A stretch of DNA of 58,241 bases, filler included, from Stramenopiles sp. TOSAG23-2 (Eukaryota), in NCBI GenBank assembly GCA_900128395.1. It is 6 parts of 6 records of this genome, joined end to end, with 100 filler letters (N's around TTAATTAATTAA, not from the genome) between each part and the next. Parts side by side here need not be neighbours in the genome. Positions count along the whole stretch, not along the records: positions 38,943 to 48,559 come from LT650094.1; positions 48,660 to 58,241 come from LT650095.1; 4 more parts are not named here. One strand, written 5' to 3'. Below are positions 46,317 through 56,789 of the stretch, piece by piece. Position 1 is the stretch's first letter, and every line of letters begins with the position of its first letter. Below the pieces are notes generated by a model, which did not search any database, was not told the DNA's origin, and saw only the letters and a program-made list of their open reading frames with translations. The position numbers and the translations under genes were made by a program.

Positions 46317-46727
46317 CTGTTTGTACCACGCTGGGGGGGGGAGTAGGGGGATATTCAATTTGATTCCTAATCTAGGGATTATGTGAATATCTTTGTAATG
46401 GAATATATGTTGATGTTGATGATTATATTTTGTGTGTGGATGGATTGGTTTTTGATTTTTGTTTTTTTTATTATGTTTTTTTACTTATATGTATGCCTGG
46501 TATTAATATTGGCTATAATGATACTGTGGCTTAAGCCAGGATTAATTATTTGAAATTCAAAAAAAAATTAGTATATTAATAGCATAGGAATAGCTTCATA
46601 TCAGTTGAAGAGTACTAAGGAGGGTTCAAATACATATATCATGGCCTGCATCGCATTGCACAATTTGCATAATATTGCTAATACATATGCCGCTTGTAAA
46701 AAAAAAATAAAAATTTTGTTAGTATTT

Positions 46728-47366
46728 TTAATGTAGTGTGCTAGTGGAGGAAAGTAAATATATATATATAAGAATGTAATACTTACACTCTTCAACCGTG
46801 ACATCCACATCAGGGATGTCAGCGCGGTTGTTTAAATACACTGCAACCGCCGCTCGGAGGCCGCCGCGACTTGCATTTCTGCATGCAAGCGTTATCTTGT
46901 GCAATATTTGAGCTGTGGCATTGTTATCATCGGCGATATGAACAATGGCACCATCTACAAATTTCATAGATGATGCCCAGGGGTGCCATTTAGATATTCT
47001 TACAATTATAATATATATGAATGCATCAGATTGCATTGGTGTATGCATGACATGGATCAATGCCAGAAACTCTGCTAATTCATTTACAAATCCATATTCT
47101 TTTTATGAATCCATATTCTTTGTCGTTTGAGCCAATTGATTATACACAGAGCAAGTAGCATTTTTTGTGGTTGAACATTTGTACAATTGTTTAAATAATG
47201 GCAATGTTTTGAACACTATATGCTGAATTTGTTTATTGCTCTTTTTTGCTGTCTGTTTTAAAATGTTATTTGCTTTTTTTTTGATTACATGAAAAGTATA
47301 ATCTACTTTGTTGCATAATGGGTGAACGATCTCCGTTGGTGTAATTATCTTTCCTAGCCTTGGCAT
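46728..47366 (-). pseudogene. Interrupted ORF of unknown family directly downstream of the structured element
   Basis: ORFs 47103-47366 and 46728-47060 are in the same frame, separated by one TAA (47103-47105) inside a 19-nt imperfect duplication (AAAGAATATGGATT twice). A GTAAGT...TAG intron-like segment lies at ~46786-46741. Confidence 0.4.
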
Positions 47367-47409
47367 AAAGCCTATTTTTCGAGAAATAAAGTATATATAA
47401 TTTAAATTT

Positions 47410-48348
47410 TAAACGTCGGCTATTATTAGGCGACTACGACTCGACTCTCCAACTCTTATATATTAGTCCTGATACCATGGAAGACTCGTTGTAAACCAAC
47501 TAAACTGAAAACGAGTCAGTTCTCCATCCATCAATAGGCCTATTGGATCCCAATCTACGCATTCTACACCACTAGATTTTTCACCTCACCATTCATCATA
47601 CCAGGCTGCTCATCAAACTCTCCAACCAAAATATTCAAAGCACGTTCCGATATAGATTACTCTACTATATCTACAAAGAACAAATTGCTACTGTTGATGT
47701 ATCTCCCAGACTGTACATCAGCCTCCGTATGCCATTCAAGGTGGCACTTAGGAAACCACGCGTGACCCAGTCCTTAGCGACTCCACAGGCACTTTCGACC
47801 TGATCGTTGCCGACGGTCTACCCCCCGGATCAGGGTATTGACCGTTTTCACACGCATTGCCCTAGTTCATTTTACAAAACAGTAACCCCCCCCGTCGGGG
47901 CGGTCTTGAATCCACGATAAATCATATCTTCAAGGGACTATACATTCTTACCACCACGAGTCTTTTCTAAAAGGGTCCTCGGAAACCTTGCTTTCCTCAC
48001 CTGGACTATTTGCTCCATTTTGCGGTTTTCACCTCCCAAAAAATAGTCAAATTTTGGTTGGAGTAAAGCTCGCGGAATTAAATGAGTGTTACCACCTCAC
48101 GAATGCATATCAAACAATTGAACCATAAAATACTGCAAGTAAAAGTCAACATAATGAGATCGTCCGACATCTTATCCCAGCGTCCCCAGCATTTATGTAC
48201 GGGAGTATATACATCTAAACTTATGAGGCCCGTGCACTCAAAAGTCGAAGTCCGCCTTATGCATTCGGACAATTACAGCAGAATATATTATGAGTCACTT
48301 TCAAAATCTAGCAATTTTTCGTCATACCGATTATACGTGTGACCGCAC
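47410..48348 (-). ncRNA. Large structured RNA-like element (ribozyme-like architecture; class unassigned)
   Basis: GC-enriched and lacking a long ORF. Long-range helices 48303-48311/47572-47580 and 48051-48063/47620-47632, at least four GNRA-capped stems, CCUAAG...UACGG receptor at 47725-47752, and GUGCG at 48348-48344. Confidence 0.6.
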
Positions 48349-48559
48349 AAATAGATATATTATATATAAAAAATTATTATAACTTAGATTTTAACCAATA
48401 TTTATATATAAAAATATCATTCCACCATTAATATAAAGATATATATATATATATATAATTATAATATTTAAAAATAATTTATAAAAAAAAATATAAAATA
48501 TATGTGTGTGTGTATTTGTAAATTTATGTGCGTTGTACACACACACGCACGTCTCTCTG

Positions 48560-48659
48560 NNNNNNNNNNNNNNNNNNNNNNNNNNNNNNNNNNNNNNNNN
48601 NNNTTAATTAATTAANNNNNNNNNNNNNNNNNNNNNNNNNNNNNNNNNNNNNNNNNNNN
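48560..48659. other. Artificial contig linker
   Basis: Same 100-nt spacer. Confidence 0.99.
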
Positions 48660-49208
48660 ATAGCAGGCAATAAGCTTAGGATTGATTTTAGGCTTATTCA
48701 CCTGTTAGAGCTAACTTTTGATGTTTCTGTGTGCCTAAATCTTCTAGATTTATTAATAATAATACCTGCTGGTAGTCGTCTACCATAGGTATAATAATTT
48801 CAATAATATAGCCCAATAATAATAAATATAATACATTTCCCATAGTATAGTAAATAGTGTTATTAATTTGTTCCCTTCCTCAATTTCCACCTCAACCATT
48901 TCTAGCCAAGCATTTCGTGATTTTTTTATATTTTGAAGCCACAATAAAACACATACATATTATTTAATATATGTAAACATAGCTACAGCTGTGGAGAGAA
49001 ACAATCAAACATATTTAATATCACATCTCGTAGTTATATATATATATAGGAGAAACATTTTTTATACACAGAGACACTTTATATATATACATACATAGTT
49101 TATAGGATATAAGAGGAGAAAAAAAAGAGAGAAAATTACTAAAATATAATAATTATATAAATTATAAATTTGCAGTAAAAAGACAATATAATCTATTTTT
49201 CATCGAAA

Positions 49209-52200
49209 ATGTCGACGAAAAAAAAAGTAGATTCCAGAGTACGTACATTAATTGAAAATGCTGTGAAATCACAACATCGATCGTTATTTGTTATAGTTGG
49301 TGATCATGGTAAAGATCAAGTAGTGAATTTACATTACGTATTATCAAAATCACAAGTAAAAAGTAAACCAACTGCGTTATGGTGCTATAAAAAAGATTTA
49401 GGATTTTCTACACATCGGAAAAAAAGAATGAATCAAATTAAAAAAGCAATGGCACGTGGTTTATATGATCCAAACAAAGAAGATCCATTTGAACTTTTTA
49501 TCACTTCGACGCAAATTCGTTGGTGTTATTATAAAGATACGAAAAAAATTCTTGGTAGTACATATGGAATGGTTGTTTTGCAAGATTTCGAAGCATTGAC
49601 ACCGAATTTACTTGCAAGAACTATTGAAACAGTTGAAGGTGGTGGAATAATCATTTTATTACTTCGAACGATGAATTCTTTAAAACAACTTTATTCCATG
49701 TCAATGGATGTTCATACACGTTTTCGTACTGGTGCATATGGGGATATTGTCCCTCGATTTAATGAACGATTTATTTTATCATTAGGCTCCGTGAAAAATT
49801 GTTTGTTATTAGATGATAAATTAAATATTTTACCATTATCAAAACATGCAAAAAATATTGTTCCAATTGCTGGTTCATTAGGTAAAGTTAATGTGGAAGA
49901 TTCCGCTCCATTAAAAGAATTAAAAGAATCCTTAGCAGAAACTCAACCAATTGGTGCATTAGTAGAAACTGCTAGAACAATGGATCAAGCAAAAGCGATC
50001 ATGACATTTGTTGAAGCAATCTCAGAGAAAACGTTACGCAGTACGGTTTCATTGACTGCCGCTAGAGGACGTGGTAAATCTGCTTCCATGGGATTAGCTA
50101 TTGCAGCTGCTGTAGCATATGGTTATAGTAATATTTTCATTACTTCCCCAAGTCCAGAAAATTTAAATACAGTTTTTGATTTTGTTTTCAAAGGATTTGA
50201 TGCATTGAAATACAAAGATCATTTAGATTACGAAGCCATTCAAAGTACTAATCCAGATTTCAATAAAGCGATTGTACGAATCAATATCTTTCGTGATCAT
50301 AGGCAAACGATACAATATATTGATCCATCTGATTCAGATCGTTTAGGACAAGCTGAATTATTAGTTATTGATGAAGCAGCTGCAATACCTTTACCATATG
50401 TTCGTAAATTGCTTGGAAATTATCTAGTTTTCATGTCTAGTACCATTAATGGTTATGAAGGAACAGGAAGATCTTTATCGTTAAAATTGTTATCTCAATT
50501 AAGAAAAAACCAACATTCTTCAACAAGTAGTAGTAATAGCAATAATAAAAAGAATAAACACAAACAATTAAATGAACATCGTGTATTGCGTGAAGTAACA
50601 TTGGATGTACCAATACGATATGCAGAACATGATCCAATTGAAAGTTGGTTAAATGATTTGTTATGTTTAGATTCTACAAAATCATCATATCGTATTGTTA
50701 GTGGCATACCACATCCATCTAAATGCGAATTGTTCCATGTAAATAGAGATTCTTTGTTTTCATATCATAAAGTTTCTGAAGCGTTTTTACAACGAATGAT
50801 GGCATTGTATGTTTCATCTCATTATAAAAATACACCGAATGATTTGCAAATGATGTGTGATGCGCCTGCACATGAATTATTTGTTTTATTAGGACCAAAT
50901 GCCGGAAGCAATGGTTCTTTGCCTGATATATTGTGTGTATTGCAAGTATGTAAAGAAGGAAAAATATCAAAAGAAGCAATTCGTGCATCATTGGCAAGAG
51001 GAAAAGGTGCGGCTGGAGATTTAATACCATGGGTAATGTCTCAACAATATTTAGATAATAATTTTGGATCTCTTTCAGGTGCACGTGTTGTACGTATTGC
51101 TACACATCCAGATGCAACTGGCATGGGATATGGTTCAAGAGCAATAGAACTTTTAGGAAAATATTATCAAGGTGATATTGTTTCTATAAATGAAAATGAT
51201 TCTTCTGAGAAAAAGAAGAACAAGGAAGAAAAAAACAAAAAAAATAAATCAAGTTCATCCTCTTTAACAGAAGAAAAAATTAAACCACGTAAAAATATGC
51301 CACCATTATTAACACCGTTGGATCAACGTCCACCGGAAAGATTACATTATTTAGGAGTTTCCTATGGTGTGACTACAAAATTATTTAATTTTTGGGGCAA
51401 TGCTGGTTTTGTTCCAGTTTATTTAAGACAAACCACGAATGAATTAACTGGTGAACATTCATGTATTATGTTAAAACCATTAAATACGGAAGATATGGTA
51501 TCTGGTCCTGAAGCAGGATGGTGCAATAATTTTTCCAGTGATTTTGCAAAACGATTTTTATTTTTACTTAGTTCATCCTTTCGTAAATTAGATGTACAAT
51601 TAGCGTTAAGCATGCTTTCAAAGTGTACACCAGCTATATCGATAACTAATGCAAACAAAGAAATTGGTGCAAATGAGTCTTCAATTTCAAAGTTTTCCGC
51701 ATTTTTAGGACCATTAGATGTACAACGACTTGAAGCATATTCAAGAAATTTAGTAGATTATCGTTTAATAACAGATTTAATGCCAATTATGTCACAATTG
51801 TATTTTCTTGGTAAATTCGATGAGTCATTTAAATTGTCAGCTTTGCAAACAGCTATATTAGTAGGTGTTGGTATGCAAAGTCATACTATGGATGCAATTG
51901 CTAGTCAATTAGATTTACCAACTGGTCAATTGCTTGCCATGTTTAATAAAACTGTACGAAAAGTTTCATTGTATTTAAAACGTGTTGAGGAAAATGAAGC
52001 GAAAGAAGAACTTAATAAAATGAATAATGAATTACCAAATGGGAAATCTGCTACAAAGAAGAAGAAGAAGAAGAAAAAAAATACAAATAATAATAATGCG
52101 AAAAATGAGAAGACAAATGATGATGAGGATAATAATAGTAATAATAATGATGAAATGGTTGGTCAAACAGCAGTACCAAAAGAATTTATGCAATATGCGA

Positions 52201-52391
52201 TAAAAGGAAATGATAAAGATTGGGATACAGCTCTTAGTAATCGTGCACAAAATGATTCAGCAAGGAAAAATGTAGTCAGTATACGTAGTAAACGGGATCA
52301 TGAGGACGGTAATGAAGATGCAGAACAAGCAAGAAAGAAACATAAAAAGAGTAGTAGTAAAAAGAAGAAAAAGAAGAAGAAGAAGTATTGA
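49209..52391 (+). CDS. NAT10: RNA cytidine acetyltransferase NAT10/Kre33
   Basis: KKVDSRVRTLIEN, LTAARGRGKSA, LLVIDEAAAIP, STINGYEGTGRSL, SHYKNTPNDLQ, GARVVRIATHP...GMGYG; basic C-terminus. Confidence 0.98.
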   Translation: MSTKKKVDSRVRTLIENAVKSQHRSLFVIVGDHGKDQVVNLHYVLSKSQVKSKPTALWCYKKDLGFSTHRKKRMNQIKKAMARGLYDPNKEDPFELFITSTQIRWCYYKDTKKILGSTYGMVVLQDFEALTPNLLARTIETVEGGGIIILLLRTMNSLKQLYSMSMDVHTRFRTGAYGDIVPRFNERFILSLGSVKNCLLLDDKLNILPLSKHAKNIVPIAGSLGKVNVEDSAPLKELKESLAETQPIGALVETARTMDQAKAIMTFVEAISEKTLRSTVSLTAARGRGKSASMGLAIAAAVAYGYSNIFITSPSPENLNTVFDFVFKGFDALKYKDHLDYEAIQSTNPDFNKAIVRINIFRDHRQTIQYIDPSDSDRLGQAELLVIDEAAAIPLPYVRKLLGNYLVFMSSTINGYEGTGRSLSLKLLSQLRKNQHSSTSSSNSNNKKNKHKQLNEHRVLREVTLDVPIRYAEHDPIESWLNDLLCLDSTKSSYRIVSGIPHPSKCELFHVNRDSLFSYHKVSEAFLQRMMALYVSSHYKNTPNDLQMMCDAPAHELFVLLGPNAGSNGSLPDILCVLQVCKEGKISKEAIRASLARGKGAAGDLIPWVMSQQYLDNNFGSLSGARVVRIATHPDATGMGYGSRAIELLGKYYQGDIVSINENDSSEKKKNKEEKNKKNKSSSSSLTEEKIKPRKNMPPLLTPLDQRPPERLHYLGVSYGVTTKLFNFWGNAGFVPVYLRQTTNELTGEHSCIMLKPLNTEDMVSGPEAGWCNNFSSDFAKRFLFLLSSSFRKLDVQLALSMLSKCTPAISITNANKEIGANESSISKFSAFLGPLDVQRLEAYSRNLVDYRLITDLMPIMSQLYFLGKFDESFKLSALQTAILVGVGMQSHTMDAIASQLDLPTGQLLAMFNKTVRKVSLYLKRVEENEAKEELNKMNNELPNGKSATKKKKKKKKNTNNNNAKNEKTNDDEDNNSNNNDEMVGQTAVPKEFMQYAIKGNDKDWDTALSNRAQNDSARKNVVSIRSKRDHEDGNEDAEQARKKHKKSSSKKKKKKKKKY

Positions 52392-52396
52392 AAGAC

Positions 52397-52425
52397 ATGT
52401 ACCCCTCTTTAGGAAAGGGGTACAT
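52397..52425 (+). other. 10-bp stem hairpin followed by a T-run just after the NAT10 stop
   Basis: ATGTACCCCT-CTTTAGGAA-AGGGGTACAT followed by TTTTTATTCTTTT. Confidence 0.6.
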
Positions 52426-52645
52426 TTTTTATTCTTTTATTTTACGCCCCGATCTCGTGTTACTTCTCGTAATTATTTTTACCTTTTTAATCTCTAACAA
52501 CACTCTTAAAAATCTCGTTACGAATATCTTCGTACCTTTTTTGAAAAACGCTCTTGAAAACACCCACCTGAATTATTAAGTATTTTCAAGACTTTCTATT
52601 CATCAAATATTTCTTTAAGATCGGATTGGTGTTCAAATTTTTTTT

Positions 52646-54265
52646 TTACTTTTCAAAAAATTTTTCAAAAGACTTTTTTAATTCCAAAAATTGAAGATAT
52701 GGTAATATGTAAGATATTCCCGGCACATATTCGTATATCAAGTAGGCAACTTCACTCCATTCACCTCCGTAAACGCCGCCGTAAACAGGTCTCTTTGGGT
52801 GTCCATTGTAGTGAATAACCATTATTCCGGCGACTTTTCCGTCGTGTTTTCCTCCCTTGTGTATTAATGTGATTTTTTGTTTTCCATGCATCTTATCATC
52901 TTTCCATTCACCCTCATATACGTGATAACTTTCTTCATCTTTAAGATAAGTTCCATCCGAGTAATGCTTACCCTTTACAACTGTCGTAAATTTACCTTTT
53001 CCGTGTTTTTTGTTATCTTTCCATTCACCGACGTATACAAAACCATTTTTACATGTATATGTACCTTGTCCATGTCGTGATATGACAATTCCTACTTTCG
53101 CCATCATACCAACATAAATATCACCATAGGGATAAGTTACGGTGCATTTTCCATCATGCTCACCATTCTCGTACTTCCATTTACCTTCAATTGTTGTACC
53201 ATCAGTCAAAATGAATTTACCTTCTCCTTGTTGCTTGCTATCTTTCCATCCACCAACATATACAGAGCCATCAGGATATGTCATTTTCCCGTGTCCATCA
53301 TGATTGCCATTTTTATAGTCGCCATCATATACACCACCATCAGGATATTTATCTGTACCTTTTCCATCACGGTAATCATCTTTCCATTCACCATCGTATA
53401 CACCACCATCAGCCCATGTCATTGTACCCTTTCCATCGCGCTTGCCATCTTTCCATTCACCATCGTGTACATCACCATTAGCAAATGTACATGTACCCTT
53501 TCCATGTGTCTTATTATCTTTCCATTCACCATCGTATACATCGCCATTAGGAAATTTATATATACCATTTCCATCGCGATTGTTATCTTTCCATTCACCA
53601 TCGTATACATCGCCATTAGGAAATGTACATGTACCCTTTCCATCAGACTTGTTATCTTTCCATTCACCATCGTATACACCGCCATCAGAAAATTTATATG
53701 TACCCTTCCCATATTTCTTACCACCTTTAAACTCACCTACGTATTCAGCGCCATTTGACAGAGTCAATGTCCCCTTTCCGTGGAATTTATCGTCTTTAAA
53801 ATATCCAATATACACAATGGCCCCAAACATAACCGTCAGTTTGCCATACCCGTCTTTTTCCCCATCTTCGTTATACCTGCCGTCGTATGTACCGAATTGA
53901 TTCAAAAAGAAATTCCAACGATACCGCTTCCATGCATTCCAAGAGACTTTTAGACCGTCTTTCAACTCACCCAGGTAGACGTCTTTCTCACAAATTTTGC
54001 TCGCAATAGAAGTTGTATCTATTTTTTTTGTACTATATTTCTCTAACGATTCAATAGGTGATTCTGAGTTTGAGGATGATGCAAAAAGCGGTGCATTTGT
54101 TATTGAAAAATTATTGAATTTGTTTCTGAATTGTCCATTGTTGAAACATTTATAATTCTTTACATTGCCATTATCAGTATTTTTTTTTTGAATTGAATCT
54201 AACAGATACATACCAGCACAAGCTGTTGATGGAACAATCGTTTTTCTCGTTAACATACGAAACAT
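52646..54265 (-). CDS. MORN-repeat protein with possible mitochondrial presequence
   Basis: More than ten 23-aa Y.GEWKD....G.G repeats, visible as 69-bp DNA repeats at ~53320-53700; basic N-terminus MFRMLTRKTIVPS. Confidence 0.92.
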   Translation of the reverse strand: MFRMLTRKTIVPSTACAGMYLLDSIQKKNTDNGNVKNYKCFNNGQFRNKFNNFSITNAPLFASSSNSESPIESLEKYSTKKIDTTSIASKICEKDVYLGELKDGLKVSWNAWKRYRWNFFLNQFGTYDGRYNEDGEKDGYGKLTVMFGAIVYIGYFKDDKFHGKGTLTLSNGAEYVGEFKGGKKYGKGTYKFSDGGVYDGEWKDNKSDGKGTCTFPNGDVYDGEWKDNNRDGNGIYKFPNGDVYDGEWKDNKTHGKGTCTFANGDVHDGEWKDGKRDGKGTMTWADGGVYDGEWKDDYRDGKGTDKYPDGGVYDGDYKNGNHDGHGKMTYPDGSVYVGGWKDSKQQGEGKFILTDGTTIEGKWKYENGEHDGKCTVTYPYGDIYVGMMAKVGIVISRHGQGTYTCKNGFVYVGEWKDNKKHGKGKFTTVVKGKHYSDGTYLKDEESYHVYEGEWKDDKMHGKQKITLIHKGGKHDGKVAGIMVIHYNGHPKRPVYGGVYGGEWSEVAYLIYEYVPGISYILPYLQFLELKKSFEKFFEK

Positions 54266-54684
54266 GGTTATCTTATCACTTTAATCTTGTAAATTTTATT
54301 CTCTTTTTCTTTATAGATTTTTCGTTTTTCTTTTTTCTTTTAAGAATTCCAGTTGTTGTTCGTGCATATATACATATAGACTTGTTGTTTTTATAGTTAA
54401 TACGACTTCTAGTTGTGTAGTTTTTTGGTGAGATGGGTATGATGGACGCGAAAATTATAATGCTGTGTCTATGCTATTAATATATCACAACGATCAATCC
54501 AGCAATTATCAAATCTTTTTAACCAAGGAAGAGTGAAAGATATTAAGATATTTTTGATTGCCAGATGATTAATGATTTAATAATAAAATAAACCAAAAAA
54601 AGAGAAATTACAAAACAATATATACGTTCACGGATCAACAACAAACAATCGAAGAAATCATACAAACATAAAACAACAAAGTTC

Positions 54685-56343
54685 ATGTTAAGACATTTAT
54701 ATTCATTTAAACATTTGTTGCGAAAAAAAAAGTATAATATAGTATCTAACGCAGCAAAAACATCAACATCAATATTTATCATTAATTATAATAATTATAA
54801 TAATAATAATAATAACAATAATAATCAAATAATATCTTCATCTATACATATGACATCATTAACATCATCCATCATACCATCATCAAAAGATGCATCGAAA
54901 GAACATGAAACATTACTGTCTACAGCACGTTCAGATGCATATCAAATATTTCAATCTGCAATAAATGCTGCTTTGCCTCAAAATGCGATAGAAAATTCGA
55001 TGAAATTTTTACCAGAGACAAATGAATTACATATACAAAATAAAATATTTAATATGAAAAATTATGATTCTATACGAATTATTGGGTTTGGTAAAGCATC
55101 CTCGGAAATGGCTAGTGCTGTTCGTAAAATAGTTTTACCATTGAAAACGAAAGATATTTATGGACATATTGTTACAAAACATAATCATATAAAGGAAACA
55201 GATGAATTAGGCAATGGAAATAATTTACCAATAATTACATATACAGAAGCATCACATCCTGTACCTTGTAAAGATGGTGTAAATGGCACGAAAACGATTA
55301 TTGAAATATTGAAAAATTGTACAAATGAACGCACTTTAATTTTAGCATGTGTATCAGGTGGTGGTTCTGCATTGCTTGTGAAACCAGTAACAGGGATAAC
55401 ATTGTCTGAGTTGCAAACTGCGAATCAAGTGATGTTAAAAAATGGATTAACAATCAATGAAATGAACACAATACGTAAACATTTATCAAGTGTGAAAGGT
55501 GGTCAATTAGCAAGATTAGCATATCCATCAACGATTTGTTCTTTGATTTTATCAGATGTCATAGGTGATCCATTAGATATTATAGCATCAGGTCCAACTG
55601 TTCCAGATCCAGGAACTTTCAATGATTGTTTAACGATTATCAATACGTACAATTTAAAAGATAAATTACCGGCAAGTGTGTATAAACATTTAGAAAGTGG
55701 TTATAACGACAACAACAATAAAAATAACAATGAAACAAATGGCGTGCAAGATACTCCAAGTCATGGTGATCCATGTTTTAATAATTCATATAATTTTATG
55801 ATTGGTAATAATAGTATAGCAGTAGAAGCAGCTGAAGCGAAAGCATCGGAGTTGGGATATAATACATTGATTTTATCTACTAGTGTGGAAGGGGAAGCAC
55901 GTGAAGTTGGTATTGTTTTTTCAAGTTTAATGAAAGAAGTTATGAAGTCGAATCGTCCAATAAAAAAGCCTGCATGTTTAATTGCTGGAGGCGAGACAAC
56001 TGTAACAGTAAATAGTAATAGTAATGGTAATGGTGGAAGACAACAAGAATTGGCATTGTCTGCTGCAAAGTGTATTCATGGTTTAAATTCGATTGATAAT
56101 AATAATGTAGCAGTCTTATTAGCTGGTGGTACAGATGGAACCGATGGACCAAACGATGCAGCAGGTGCTATGGTAGATGGATATACATTGGAGAAAGGTA
56201 TGGAGAAAGAATTAGATATCAATCAGTATTTAAATAATAATGATTCATATAATTATTTTAATGCACTTGATAATGGTTCATTAATAAAAACTGGACCAAC
56301 TGGTACGAATGTTGCAGATGTAAGTGTAATGATTGTGAGGTGA
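54685..56343 (+). CDS. GLYCTK: Glycerate kinase, MOFRL/TtuD (GLYCTK) family
   Basis: GFGKA, EASHPVP, SGGGSAL, RKHLSSVKGGQLA, LILSDVIGDPLDIIASGPT, GGETTV, GGRQQELAL, GTDGTDGP, TGPTGTNVAD. An alternative start is at 54850. Confidence 0.95.
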   Translation: MLRHLYSFKHLLRKKKYNIVSNAAKTSTSIFIINYNNYNNNNNNNNNQIISSSIHMTSLTSSIIPSSKDASKEHETLLSTARSDAYQIFQSAINAALPQNAIENSMKFLPETNELHIQNKIFNMKNYDSIRIIGFGKASSEMASAVRKIVLPLKTKDIYGHIVTKHNHIKETDELGNGNNLPIITYTEASHPVPCKDGVNGTKTIIEILKNCTNERTLILACVSGGGSALLVKPVTGITLSELQTANQVMLKNGLTINEMNTIRKHLSSVKGGQLARLAYPSTICSLILSDVIGDPLDIIASGPTVPDPGTFNDCLTIINTYNLKDKLPASVYKHLESGYNDNNNKNNNETNGVQDTPSHGDPCFNNSYNFMIGNNSIAVEAAEAKASELGYNTLILSTSVEGEAREVGIVFSSLMKEVMKSNRPIKKPACLIAGGETTVTVNSNSNGNGGRQQELALSAAKCIHGLNSIDNNNVAVLLAGGTDGTDGPNDAAGAMVDGYTLEKGMEKELDINQYLNNNDSYNYFNALDNGSLIKTGPTGTNVADVSVMIVR

Positions 56344-56473
56344 GAGATTTGGAGATTCGTGTTGGGGAGAGTGGGGTGGAGAGAGAGAAGAAGAAATTAA
56401 AAAATATGTCTGTGATAATACAATATTATATTTATAATTACGAATAAAAATTATACGAATTCGTATTTCTTTT

Positions 56474-56789
56474 TCACATCATCCCTATTGCAGCTTCACG
56501 ACTAATAATACCTTGTGATACCAATGCTTGTAAATCTGGTGTTAATTGCACATCATTTCCATTATTAGTATTCACATTCGTTGTACCAGAGCCACCATGT
56601 TGCATTTGTTGTAGTTGTTGTGCAACTGGTATCACATCATCCCTATTGCAGCTTCACGACTAATAATACCTTGTGATACCAATGCTTGTAAATCTGGTGT
56701 TAATTGCACATCATTTCCATTATTAGTATTCACATTCGTTGTACCAGAGCCACCATGTTGCATTTGTTGTAGTTGTTGTGCAACTGGTA
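56474..56789. repeat. Exact 158-bp tandem duplication whose boundary is the stop codon
   Basis: 56474-56631 is identical to 56632-56789; each copy begins with TCA (TGA on the minus strand). Confidence 0.95.

Noticed and set aside
47540-47590. GGTGTAGAATGCGTAGAT (minus strand) resembling an SSU rRNA segment
   Set aside because: Short, gapped similarity; I could not find flanking universal rRNA motifs.
47410-48348. Telomerase RNA, RNase P/MRP or canonical group I intron identity for the structured element
   Set aside because: No CCCTAA-type template on either strand; GAGGAAAG is not followed by the P4 UCC; P/Q/S-like words exist but I could not assemble a consistent P3-P7 core.
9652-48659. 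TTAATTAATTAA recurring about every 9.7 kb
   Set aside because: Always centred in identical N padding and joining length-sorted contigs, so it is an artificial six-frame stop linker. Gene adjacency across linkers is meaningless.
53320-53700. Regularly spaced repeats resembling a CRISPR array
   Set aside because: The 69-bp period equals the 23-aa MORN repeats of an intact ORF; no cas genes are present.
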